The notes under the pieces were generated by a model. The model was not told where the DNA came from, searched no databases, and saw only the letters and a program-made list of their open reading frames with translations. A DNA stretch of 64,000 bases from Lytechinus pictus (Eukaryota), in assembly GCF_037042905.1 (NCBI RefSeq), contig NC_087246.1, positions 13,392,001-13,456,000 of the forward strand, in the 5' to 3' direction. Shown here one piece after another: positions 52,814 to 64,000 of this stretch (positions within the stretch are counted from its first letter, which is position 1; each line of letters begins with the position of its first letter). The translations under genes and the position numbers were made by a program.

Positions 52814-53708
52814 ATGGCTTCTCTGACTTCAAAGTACTTACAGGTATGTACACATTGACATTAATTGTCGTTTCTCTCTTACAATATCAAATCTTGCTTC
52901 TTTGGTTTCTCAATCAAGCTCAACTAAATGAAACTGTACAATTGTATAATAAATATTAAAAGTGTAGTGTGTTTGATAATGAGTCATGACATGTAGTGTA
53001 TGGATATTTCGGTTTCATTAAACTAATTTTGATTTCTCCCTCTTTTCTTTTATTTCTCAGCTACCTGAAGCTAGCTCGTGTGATATTGGCAAACCAAGTC
53101 CACTGGCCATGTTAGCTGCTACCTGTCGAAAGATTGGCACATCAACAGGCGTGTCTTCTCGTCGAGTGCCGAGGATACCTTCACCACAACCACAGCTCAC
53201 TCCCTTGTCGACGACCTCGCCTGTTTCTACATCATCATCCTGTTCGTACCTTCCACCTACTCCACCACCGTCACCACACATGACATCGTCCTCTACAGCG
53301 TTGTCGGTATCACCTGAGCCTACCGAGTTGTCAGCTCTCCGATCAGTTAGCCCGATCATCCCTGGTCATCAGCCATGCTACTATCCTCTATATCAACCTG
53401 TTATGCGGTACTCTCCTTACTCTACTAAACCTCTATCAAGACCAAGAGCACAACCATCATCCACGAGCTACCATCTAGCTACCACTCCATACTCATCGTG
53501 TACTCCTGTGGTTGTACCAGTACCAACATTCAACCACACGTTTCATACATCTTCGTCACCACCCATGTTCGGGGTCTACCCTCATCATGATCAACCCGTC
53601 CATGCTACGATGTCGTCAATGAAGGTTCGTTCTACGCGGAATCGACGATCACGCCGAGTGGTAATCAAGGATGAGGAAGAAGAGATCATCGACGTCGTAT
53701 CGCTTTGA
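52814..53708 (+). CDS. Zinc-finger-less Sp5-derived Sp-box protein, copy 2 (exons 52814-52843 and 53061-53708; 225 aa)
   Basis: MASLTSKYLQ|gtatgt...tctcag|LPEASSCDIGKPSPLAMLAATCRKIG...DEEEEIIDVVSL*. Intact and the same length as copy 1. Confidence 0.85.
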
Positions 53709-54307
53709 AGTGAAGAGTGTGGACTTAAATATGATTTTGTAATTATTATATATTTGAGATTTGAAGTCGCTTGTGGCGTTCCTGTTGCATCAATTGTGAA
53801 ATAAATCAGTTTGAAAGTGCACATCATTTGTCTTAAAAGTACTTTGATTTTGTTTTCAACCTATTTAGAAGAAGAGAGCAATTGTGGTTGTATAAATAAT
53901 TAAGATGGGTGGTTTGCTATTGCTTGTTTGTGTTTATAGTTGTTGGAGTGAAATTGTGATATTGGGCGAGTGGAGAGGAGGTGGGGGGGGGGGGGGGGTA
54001 GAGATAGTGTGCTCGTGTGTGTGAGGAGAAGGCCAATGAGAAGACATGTATAGGGTTTCGTTATTTTGTATGACAGTAGCATAATGCTAACATGAGGTAG
54101 AGAGAGAGAGAGAGCGCGTATGATATGAGAGGATGAGAAGGAGAAGAAGAAATATTTAGAGATGAAACATAAAGCAATATACGAGAGGTGAGGGGTGTAA
54201 AATATGAAGGGAATTCGTTTGATTCACGTTACAGAATCAAGGTATATTCGAAAAGATATTTTCATTCAAATGAAACTAAGAATGGTAATCACTTATTCCA
54301 ATGTTAA

Positions 54308-54504
54308 CCATATCTAGCCAGGTTGAGGGGGGGGGGGCCTCTCGCCCTCTCGACATTTTTCGCAATAAATCTGAAACACGAAATGATCGCGAAACGACGT
54401 TTCATGACTTTTCCCTTCAAACTTCGAGAACTGAAGGCGTTTGGAAAAAAAATAGCCCCCATCCTCGGTCTATGCGAATTTACAATAGCCTGTGCTGTAT
54501 AGGG
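54308..54504. mobile_element. piggyBac-like MITE remnant
   Basis: ttaa|ccatat ... ataggg|ttaa. Confidence 0.45.
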
Positions 54505-54579
54505 TTAAGACAAGTTGCACGTAATTTCTTCTTGATTTTTTTATCCACATTTTCCCCGGTTGGAAAATCGAAGACATAA

Positions 54580-55020
54580 GTTGGAAGTTCACCCTGACAA
54601 TATTTTTAATTGTAAAATTAGCAGGAAATTGATAAAGAATATTGTTAAGGTTGAAAATTCTTCAATATTAAAAAAAGTTATTAGAATGACACATAAACAA
54701 AAATGGTGACGTCACATGCGAGCAGCTTCCCTACATATCTTGTAGCAAAGAAAATAAATGAAATTTTATTTGTTGAAAAGATGAAAAATGTTTTTTAATG
54801 CACGTTAAACATATAAGCTGACATTTTTCCACCCCGATCCTAGGGACTTAAAAAAAAATCATTATGAACCATTGAATTAAAATTTATGCATTTCATATTA
54901 TATAAGATATAGGGTAGCTCCTCGCATATGATGTCATATTGAAAAATTCTTAATCTTTGATGGATTTTTCGTCAAACCTTCGTCAATAATTTTACAATTT
55001 TTTAATCAGGGTGAACTTAA
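54580..55020. mobile_element. Recurrent Kolobok-like MITE (related copies near 50990-51360, 56640-57020, 57157-57605 and 63494-63944)
   Basis: TIR gaagttcaccctga / tcagggtgaactt. The shared interior contains gtgacgtcac/atgacgtcac motifs. Confidence 0.6.
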
Positions 55021-58000
55021 AGATTTGTGTCTTTTTATCTTTTTAGAATGATATATCCTATTTTAATTTCATTTCCCTTCATTTGCATCTCTTCACCCCT
55101 TCGTTTACTTCCCCTCCACTTTCTTTTTTCTTCTCATTTTCTCTCTTTCCCCTCTCCCAGTACATACTCTTTTTTTTAGAGGGGGGTGGGGAAGATTTGG
55201 AAATTAGGGTAAAGCCCCCCCCCCCCCTCGTCAATTCAATGCAGGCATCAAAATACAGCCCCAATATCTACATATTTTTCCCCTCTGTACAAACTTCGAC
55301 ATTTTATCTATTGAAGCCCCCTCCCCCGAAAATCTGTGAGGTTGCCCCTTAAAATAATCGCCCCGTGTATCCTGATGTATCTGAATAATGCTCACTTTTC
55401 CCAATATCATTAGATCTATTGTCCAGTCATCAAGCTGGTCCACCCTTCCTATAGAATTGATTCCCTATCAGGTCATTGGTCAGTGTCCTGTCACTGTAGA
55501 CCAGTCTGGACAATGGTCAAGGGTCTTTTGATTGGTCAATCATTGATTAATAAACATGGTTTTAAGCTAACGGGAAATCGGAAAAGATCAGACAAGTCTT
55601 TGATTCATTGACGTCTTGAAAGTCATTTAGTATACCTTTAGTATCCTTTTCAAATCTTAAAAACCTTAATAAAGAGCAATTTAGCTATCGTTATTCGAAT
55701 TGGAAGTAGAACTGACAGTTAGTACATGTTATGATGAGGTATATAAAAAAGTAATTTTTATTCCCCGTACCTCTTCCATTTTGTAATAATATGCGACTGC
55801 TTTCGTCATTCCAAAAGATTGACAGTGAAGTATGAAGTATGATTTATTGCTAAGTTAAAAAGTATATATGTAGATTTGAGAGAATACAGGATGACAGTAA
55901 ACAAGGAACATCGAAGTGAAAAATTGTGGCTTTCTTTAAAATTCGATAAGTCTATTTGTTAAATTCAATGCCTCCCCTTGCATTACCTGCTCATAATGAA
56001 TTTCTCATTTACTGTGGGGGGGGGGCTTTCTTGGGATTAATTTGATTGTTTGCATATTATGGTTTTGAAAACTCAATCCTTAATCTTTAAAAAGACCCAG
56101 AGCTATCATGTAACAACAACTTTAATAATACAACAAGTTGATAGGAGTTAATATAAATTGTTTCTGATCGTTGGATGATACTCGACTATTAACTACCCTG
56201 TAACAAAATTTTACGAAGGCTTTAAATGTCTCATTACAGATTATCCTTCGATATAATTTTTCAGCTAGAGACATACCCCATCTCTGATTCATCGTTCAAG
56301 GGCTTCCCAGAATTACTTTAAAAACAATCAGTAGGCCTTCCAAAATTGATTGATGAGATACATTTCCACGGTAAGTAATAAAACTTATATTAAAATAAAT
56401 AGTTTCTTATAAAATAGAGGTTTGCCATTTGAATGTAGGAATCCCTTATTAGGACAATAATCCATTATCATTTTTAATAGATATTCAATAAGACCCACTT
56501 TGAAAGATATAAGAATAATATTTTAGAGGAAAGATACCCCATGATGTGGTGTTTTTATAGGCAATTTAAAAGCATCGTAATTAAACATACTTTAAGATGT
56601 TGCCACTTGGTGTTTGATATTTAAAAACGTTATTAGATTAATTTATTTTAAATTTGTGACACCATATGCGAGCAACTTCCCCATATATCTTGTAGTAAAA
56701 AATAATTAAATGTCATTTTCTAACTAACGAAAATGCTTTTTATTGTACCTTAAAAACATAAGCTGCCATTTTTTCCCCAGCTTCTGGAATATTATTTTGG
56801 GGCATCATGCTCATGCACCATTAAAATTGAAATATATGCGTTTTATATTCCATAACATATGGGGTAGCTGCCCATACATGTATATGAGATCACAGTGAAA
56901 ATTCGAATTCTAATAAATTTTTTAATCTTTGATAGATTTACTTAAACTTTAAAGCAATATTCTTTGCATGTTTCAAAGGTATTTTTACAAAAGAAAACAC
57001 ATTTTTCAGGGTGAAATTCCCCGATTTATGCCCCGCTCTCTCTTTTTATAACGAATTGACTTTTTATTTCCTCTCATCTCCTTTCCCTTCGGTTGCTTCT
57101 GTTTCTCCCTTCCCCTTCCTTTTCTTTCCACTGGTTGGCCAATCGAAGATATAAGTTGGCAGTTTACCCTGACAATTTTTTTATTGTACAAATGGCAGGA
57201 AAATGATCAAGAATATTAAAGGTTTGAGGAAAATTCATCAAAATAACGAAAAAAACCCACCAAAGTTAATAGAATGGCACTTAAACACAAATTGTGACGT
57301 CATATATCTTTTGGTAAGAAAATGAATGAAATATCATTTTCTAAAAAAATAAATGAAAATGCTTTGTTGGCACTTTAAACATAATAGATGACATTTTTTT
57401 TCACCCCCGTTCCAAAAAATATTTTAGTCATCATGAACCATTAAATGAAAATTATGGATTTCATATTACAATATGGAGTAGCTGCTCGATACGTATATGA
57501 CGTCACATTTACAAATTCAAACTCTAATGTAATCTTTTATGGATTTTTCCTCAAACCTTCCCCAATATTTCTATTTTTTTTATTCAGGGTGAACTTCCGC
57601 TTTAAGATTTGTGTCTTATTTTAGAAGGATATGACTTCTATTTCCTTTTCCATCATTTGCATCCTTTTCCTTCTTCCTTTACTTCATCATTTCATTTTTT
57701 CCTTCCCTTTCTCTCTCTTCCCCCTCCCTTTCCTTTCACCTCTCCCTTTACTTCTCCCTTTTATGGGGGGGGGGGGAGCAGGCCCCTTCAGCCCCCAAGG
57801 ATCCCCAAAACACTTACGATGAGGCGGCATATGATAAAAATGTTGCGTTTTATTTGATATAAATACAATTTTGAATATTTGGATATTTTTAAACACAATT
57901 TCCATGCATGGAATGGGCTGACAATTTTGGGATATAATTTTTGTATGTAGCCTTGAGATGTTTAAGGTGGTCAAAAGGGGGAGGGGATATCAAAGGAAAA

Positions 58001-59829
58001 ATAGAAGCATTATAAAGAGAGAGCTTTCTGAAATTATCAGTCATCAAAGAAGAAAAAAGGCCAATACATCTTCGTGAAATCGTAACATTATATTGTACTG
58101 AACTATTAATGACCTTGTACAAAAGTTTAACATAGGCTTTAAATCTCTAATTACAGATTTTCCTTCGTTATTATTTTTTTCAGCTGCAGAATTACCCCCA
58201 CCTCTGATTCATTGTTCAGGGGCTTCCAAGAAGCAACACATTTAATCAATTCATTTCAAATTGTTTGAAGGGACATTATCACGGACGTAACAGAAGTTAT
58301 ACTAAAATAAAAAGTTTCTAAATAGATGAATATTAGCCACTTGAATATAGACGTTTCTTGTTTCAACAGGAATCTATTTGTGATAGAAATTCCATAGGAC
58401 CCACTGAAAAAAATCTAATATAATGATTTAGAGGAATCCACTTCATATACTTTTTTTTACAGGCATTTTTTAAAAGTATCGTAATAAGTCTTTACTAAAG
58501 ATGCTGTTACTATGTGTTCGTTCATATTCTTTGATGTATTAATCAAATGAATAAGTATTCTGTGACTACTTAATCGAAATATGGCAATTTTTGTGTCGAA
58601 AGTAACCATATCACTCTGTAACCTTTATGGACTAAAGAAAATCCCATTAAGATGGATTGAGTACCCTAAAATAGACTTTGACTATAATTTCCCGTCCTAC
58701 CTGTTAACAGTGTAAATCTATTCATTGATAAGTGTCACCCAGCTGGAGTATTCTTCTTTCTATTGTATTCTTACCTCCATGTCACTATTCAAACCCGAGA
58801 GATGACCCGTCCGTTGTGACTGGCGAACGACCTGTCATTGATAAGCATCGGACAATGGCCAAAGATCCTCCCATTGGTCAGACTTTGTGATGGTTGAACT
58901 TGACAGATAGAAGCCCGGGATTAGCGGCGTAGGATCAAGATCAGACGGATCTTTGATGTTACCGGCTCATTAAGTCATCCAGTGGTAGATGAAAGGATTC
59001 ATGAACGAGTTTGGTCAGTTAGGATAAATAGCTATCAAATTCTCGACATAACATCATTTATGCTTTGAGCTTTCGCCTGTGCACAACTACTACAACTAAC
59101 CCTGAACACTATCATTATTGGTCATCATTACTTCAGGTTATAAGAGTATATCATTACAACTATACACCTTGGCATCTGTCTTGGACTTGATTTAAGTGGA
59201 ATATTATATTGGCAGCATGGCTTTCCTGACTTCAAAGTACTTACAGGTATGTACACATAGACATTAGTTGTCGTTTCTCTCTTACAATATCAAATCTTAC
59301 TTCTTTGGTTTCTCAAACAAGCTCAACTAAATGAAACTGTACAATTGTATAATAAATATTAAAAGTGTAGTGTGTTTGATAATGAGACATGACATGTACT
59401 GTATGGATATTTCGGTTTCATTAAACTAATTGTGATTTCTCCCTCTTTTCTTTCATTTCTCAGCTCCCTGATGCTAGCTCGTGTGATATTGGCAAACCAA
59501 GTCCACTGGCCATGTTAGCTGCAACCTGTCGAAAGATTGGCACATCATCAGGCGTGTCTTAGAAGATATAGTAGTCTGGATAGACAACTTCCGGTAGAGG
59601 GGTTTAACATAGTTAATTATTAATGAATTATTAATAATTAGTTAATTATTAATTGATTATTAGTTAATTATTAATTGATTATTAGTTAATTATTAATTAA
59701 TTATCAATTAGGTGTTTGTTGATATCGGTGAGGTCAAAAGCGAAGAGTCGTTATGGGGATGAACATAATTAATTTTAAAATTTATGTTAGACAAAGCGGT
59801 CAAGTTGGACATGGATATTTTTTGTAATG

Positions 59830-60122
59830 TGTGGAGAGTATGGATTGATGATGGGACAATAGAATTAGGGATGTGTGTTGGTCAAGTTCACTCTTGGTGG
59901 TTTTGGATGCAGGTAGATGTTTGCCAAGCAGCTCATCTGTGCGTGTGGAGAGTATGGATTGATGATGGGACAATAGAATTAGGGATGTGTGTTGGTCAAG
60001 TTCACTCTTGGTGGTTTTGGATGCAGGTAGATGTTTGCCAAGCAACTCATCTGTGCGTGTGGGGAGTATGGATGCATATTTTGGATGCAGATAGATGTTT
60101 GCCAAGCAGCTCATCTGTGCGT
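59830..60122. repeat. 114-bp tandem repeat (~2.5 copies)
   Basis: tgtggagagtatggattgatgatgggac at 59830 and 59944, with a partial third copy from ~60058. Confidence 0.9.
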
Positions 60123-60367
60123 GATTGGTGAACTCGTCGAAGGAAATGCTGTGATTGGTCGGCGGTGTGGTGCATAAGAATGTGTAGAGTTGTGATAGCT
60201 AATTGGTTGAAACGTCAGTCGGTATCTGGTCAGTGAGGTGGTCATTGAGGCGTGTGCTAGCGCGTGATTGGTGAACTCGTCGTAGGAAATGCTGTGATTG
60301 GTCAAAGGTATGGTGCATACAAACGCATAGTAAAGCAAAGACATAAATAGCGGGAAATTCATAGTGG

Positions 60368-61022
60368 ATGGTTATCATTTTTGCCCTGAGCTACAGACTG
60401 AGATCACATCAACTTCGTTACTTCGATACTAGTAATTCATCTTCATCATGGCTTCATTCAACCTCCAAAGCAGAAGAAGCAGTCGCAGCAGCACCATTAG
60501 CAGTAGCTAAGGAGAGAGTGCCTGAGCAGAGAAAGATCACGATACCTCCCCCTTCTGGATTCGAAGCATTGATGGTAAGTGTCACTGATTATTATTTTTT
60601 ATAGATTTTTTTAACGTTTCTATGTTTAAAATACAAGAGAAAAGTATTTAATCTGTATGCTTAATCGAAGTTTATATATTGTTACTGTCTTTTTTATTAG
60701 GCATCTGACGGTAGCAAAGGCGGAAATTGGTTCACGGTGCGGGAAGAGGCGGGTTGCCATTTTAGCCAGGAGTTCGATTCTTACGAATTTGAGGAAGGGT
60801 CAAAACCTTTCCACTTGGGGGGGAAGACGTTTTGCGGTGGTGAAGAAATTTAGGAGTGTCCCCTACATTAATATTAGGGAATATTATAAATTAAAAGGAA
60901 CAAGGAGAATGCTTCCCGGGCAGAAGGGCATCAATTTGACCGCGGAAAATTGGTGGCATTTGGTGCAGGCCAAATTTGACATTAGTAAATCTGTCCGGGA
61001 ATTGAGCAATGTAAAAAAATAA
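60368..61022 (+). pseudogene. Spliced PC4/Sub1-domain gene (leader exon ending 60574; exon 60701-61022) with one extra G in the G7 run at 60817-60823
   Basis: ...SGFEALM|gtaag...tattag|ASDGSKGG...PFHLGG / RRFAVVKKFRSVPYINIREYYKLKGTRRMLPGQKGINLTAENWWHL. Start uncertain (60368 or 60448). The frameshift could be an assembly error. Confidence 0.75.
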
Positions 61023-61282
61023 GATTGCACTAATATCCTAGCTTACTTTGGTTCTTATAATGTATAATGTATTTTTTCAGTAAATTTTGTTTTAAAACAT
61101 TAGTTTAAAAAAGAAGAAAAAATTGATAAACAACAACAACAACAAAAACCCAAAATGAAGTGTTCTAAAAATGAAAATACAAATTTATATAAAAAAATAA
61201 TGATTAAAAGAAATTAAAAAAAAAACTCCTGACTGACTGGAACCCATTTCCTCTTTTCCGTATCCAGAACGTGGTCAACAAG

Positions 61283-62132
61283 ATGGAGGAGGAACTGAAT
61301 GGTGCAGCCTTTCTCTCAAGAACGGTAGAACCAGCCCCTACATCGCCAAAAACACCCGAACTGTTCATCCTAAATGATGATGACGATGCGTCACCCCCAC
61401 CAGCCCCTGTGGTAGCTGGCCGCCACCGTCTTCAAAGGCAACATGCTGTCATGGTCCATGCTACACCATGTGGGAGACCAGTCATGCCAGTGGTAACTGA
61501 AGAGCCAAGGATAGGAGCCGCATCGAGGCAACCACCACCACCATCCCCTGAAATAGTCGTCATTTCGGATGACGAAAATGGTGACGTAGACGAAACCATC
61601 AACAATCTTTTTCCGACAATACGCCGAAGATTAGACTACGAAATGGAGGAGGATGAAGAGGGCAAGGAAGAGGAGGAGGAGAAAGAGGTTGATGATGACT
61701 CGGGGATGGAAGAGGGGGAGATAGTTGAACCGGAGGACTCAGACATGACAGATGTCGCGGAGAATATTCCGGTAAGAATGAACGTACCCTCTGGCCCTCT
61801 TATAATGGCAATAAACTCGTTGACAAATAAAGTAAACTAAGTTGTCTACGAGAACTGTATATGGTGTATTAATGAATGTGGTGGGCAGCGAGACCACCCT
61901 GAATGTTTATGGTTATCAAGAAACGAAAAGATTGATAAATATTTTGAAGCAGCGTTAGCCAGGTTAGATTTTAAAGATTTTTTTCAACCAATTTGATAAC
62001 GTATACAATGTAAAATGCATGTTTGAAGAAGATCAAGATATGTGTGTCGAAGAAGCGTCAAGCTTCTATCATTTTGACCTTCGAAAAAACGATATAAAAT
62101 CCCATTTAAAGGCAAAACTGAAAGAAATGTAA
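61283..62132 (+). pseudogene. Acidic protein with C-terminal CxxC...QxxHxxC motif (stop at 61838-61840 and a later frameshift)
   Basis: The frame continues past the TAA as VVYENCIWCINECGGQRDHPECLWLSRNEKIDKYFEAALARLDFKDFF, aligning with CEGCQNDCLAQKYHYECLWLD... at 39.5 kb. Confidence 0.65.
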
Positions 62133-63335
62133 TGGTCCAGAGAACTTAATGTGAATTCTACAAAATTTGATTTTTTTACTTGTCTCTCCCCCTCCCCTTG
62201 GATATTGTGATGCTTATTTAACTAATTTTTGGTTCAAAACCAAAAGAGCCATCTTGAAATATTACTTTGATTTTTCTGATGTTTAACTTTATTGAACAAC
62301 CTGTAAAGACATTTATTTGTTAGAATGATTTTGTTGTTGTTGATTTTCTGATGTTTAACTGATATTGAATAACCTGTAAAGACATTTATTTGTTAGAATG
62401 ATTTTGTTAGTATGCAACTGCCAAAAAGACAAATATCAATTTTGAATCTAAAACCAAAAGAGCTATCTTGATATATTACTTTGATTTTCTGATGTTTAAC
62501 TTTATGAATAACCTGTTAAAAATGTTTTCCAGTCAGTTAGGATTGGTTTATTTTTCAACCTATCCTTTGTTAGTATACAACTGGTAAAAGATGATAATCA
62601 ATTCTTTGTACTTTAAACAGAATTTCATTTATGTTTTCTTAATTTCGTTTGTATATGCACATATTTGGTTATTTTCCTTTGTTAATATTTTGTTTTAAAC
62701 GCTGATTTCTTCCTTGCATTATCAGTAAATTTATTCGAGACAAAACATTTAATTAAGTATGAAATAATCTTTTCTTTGCAAAATTATTTAAAGTTTGTAT
62801 AAAAAAAAGGGGGAAAAAGAAAATCAGGCCGAATTTAATAAGTTGTTATATCATGTTTAATCAGAATAACGTTGATCTTAAAACACTGAAGAAGAAAACA
62901 GGGTATGTTTTTTGTTGTTGTTTAAAATGTTTTGATCATTTTTTTATGTTTATCAGTGTACATTTCATTTTGAGAATTTGGTTAATACATAACCTCTATC
63001 AAGACCAAGAGCACCACAATCATCCATGAGCCACCATCTAGCTACCACTCCATACTCATCGTGTACTCCTGTGGTTGTACCAGTACCAACATTCAACCAC
63101 GCGCTTCATTCATCATCGTCACCACCCATGTTCGGGGTCTACCCTCATCATGATCAACCCATCCATGTTACGATGTCGTCAATGAAGGTCCGTTCTACAA
63201 GGAATCGACGATCACGCCGAGTGGTAATCAAGGATGAGGAAGAGGAGATCATCGACGTCGTATCGCTCTGAAGAATATGGACTTTGTTTTGATGTGGTAC
63301 ACTTGGATAATGTATTTGAGATTTGAAGTCATATA

Positions 63336-64000
63336 TGTTTCAAAGGTATTTTTACAAAAGAAAACACATTTTTCAGGGTGAACTTCCCCGATTTATGTCT
63401 CTCTCTCTCTCTTTATAACGAATTGTATTTTTATTTCCTCTCATCTCCTTTCCCTTCCTTTTCTTTCAACTGGTTGGCCAATCGAAGATATAAGTTGGAA
63501 GTTCACCCTGACAATTTTTTTATTGTACAAATGGCAGGAAAATGATCAAGAATATTAAAGGTTTGACGAAAATTCATCAAAATAACGAAAAAACCCACCA
63601 AAGTTAATAGAATGGCACTTAAACACAAATTGTGACGTCATATATCTTTTGGTAGGAAAATGAATGAAATATCATTTTCTAAAAAAATAAATGAAAATGC
63701 TTTGTTGGCACTTTATACATAATAGCTGACATTTTTGTTCACCCCCATTCAAACAAATATTTTAGTCATCATGAACCATTAAATGTAAATTATGGATTTC
63801 ATATTACAATATGGAGTAGCTGCTCGTATATGAAGTCAAATTAACAAATTTAAACTCTAAAAACTTACGTAATCTTTTATGGATTTTTCCTCAAACCTTC
63901 CCCAATATTTCTATTTTTTTATTCAGGGTGAACTTCCGCTTTAAGATTTGTGTCTTATTTTAGAAGGATATGAATTCTTATTTCCTTTTCCATCATTTGC
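63336..64000 (+). repeat. Segmental duplicate of 56969-57660 (upstream region of a probable further gene copy)
   Basis: Near-identical from tgtttcaaaggtatttttac to catcatttgc. Confidence 0.85.

Larger units (their letters stand above)
59561..62990 (+). mobile_element. Polinton-type left-end fragment inserted in copy 3
   Basis: Starts AG (agaagatatagtagtc...acttccggt), then ttaattatta repeats, a 114-bp tandem repeat and a CCAAT-rich promoter. PC4 and acidic Cys/His genes follow in the same order as at 39.3-41.5 kb. No right TIR or TSD. Confidence 0.65.
59217..63271 (+). pseudogene. Sp5-derived gene copy 3, disrupted (59217-59246, 59464-59560, 62991-63271)
   Basis: Exon 1 MAFLTSKYLQ and the Sp box are intact. 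Exon 2 breaks after ggcgtgtctt (59560) and resumes at aacctctatcaag (62991). 270 nt of coding sequence is missing relative to copy 2. Confidence 0.85.

Noticed and set aside
59784-60131. 115-aa repetitive ORF
   Set aside because: It is a by-product of the 114-bp (multiple of three) tandem repeat and has no recognisable domain.
59561-62990. The insert as an intron, since the 270-nt loss is a multiple of three
   Set aside because: It begins AG and ends AT, so there are no GT-AG boundaries at the junctions.

Overview
AT-rich, intron-containing animal DNA. The repeat content suggests an echinoid (sea urchin), but that is inference only. (1) 1-15995, minus strand: the first six coding exons of carboxypeptidase D. 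(2) 22324-30565, plus strand: a complete 7-exon gene for a 198-aa PIS-like CDP-alcohol phosphatidyltransferase, head-to-head with CPD. Their ~0.46-kb ancestral shared promoter region has been expanded to 6.3 kb by two DNA transposons whose target-site duplications lie 3 bp apart: a P-like element and a foldback palindrome built on a 195-bp satellite. (3) ~36.2-43.5 kb: a scrambled Polinton/Maverick remnant with integrase, a penton-like fragment, and repeated PC4 plus acidic Cys/His genes. (4) 47.3-64 kb, the most notable part: a tandem array of at least three two-exon genes for a 225-aa protein that keeps the Sp5-type N-terminus, intron position and Sp box but has no buttonhead box or zinc fingers. 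It carries a Myc-box-I-like TPPxSP motif, a basic NLS-like patch and a terminal Myc-box-IIIb/WDR5-binding-like motif (DEEEEIIDVVSL*). Copies 1 and 2 are intact and show signs of purifying selection. Copy 3 is interrupted by a second Polinton-type fragment, and the array probably continues past the window end. All calls were made by eye, with no database searches.
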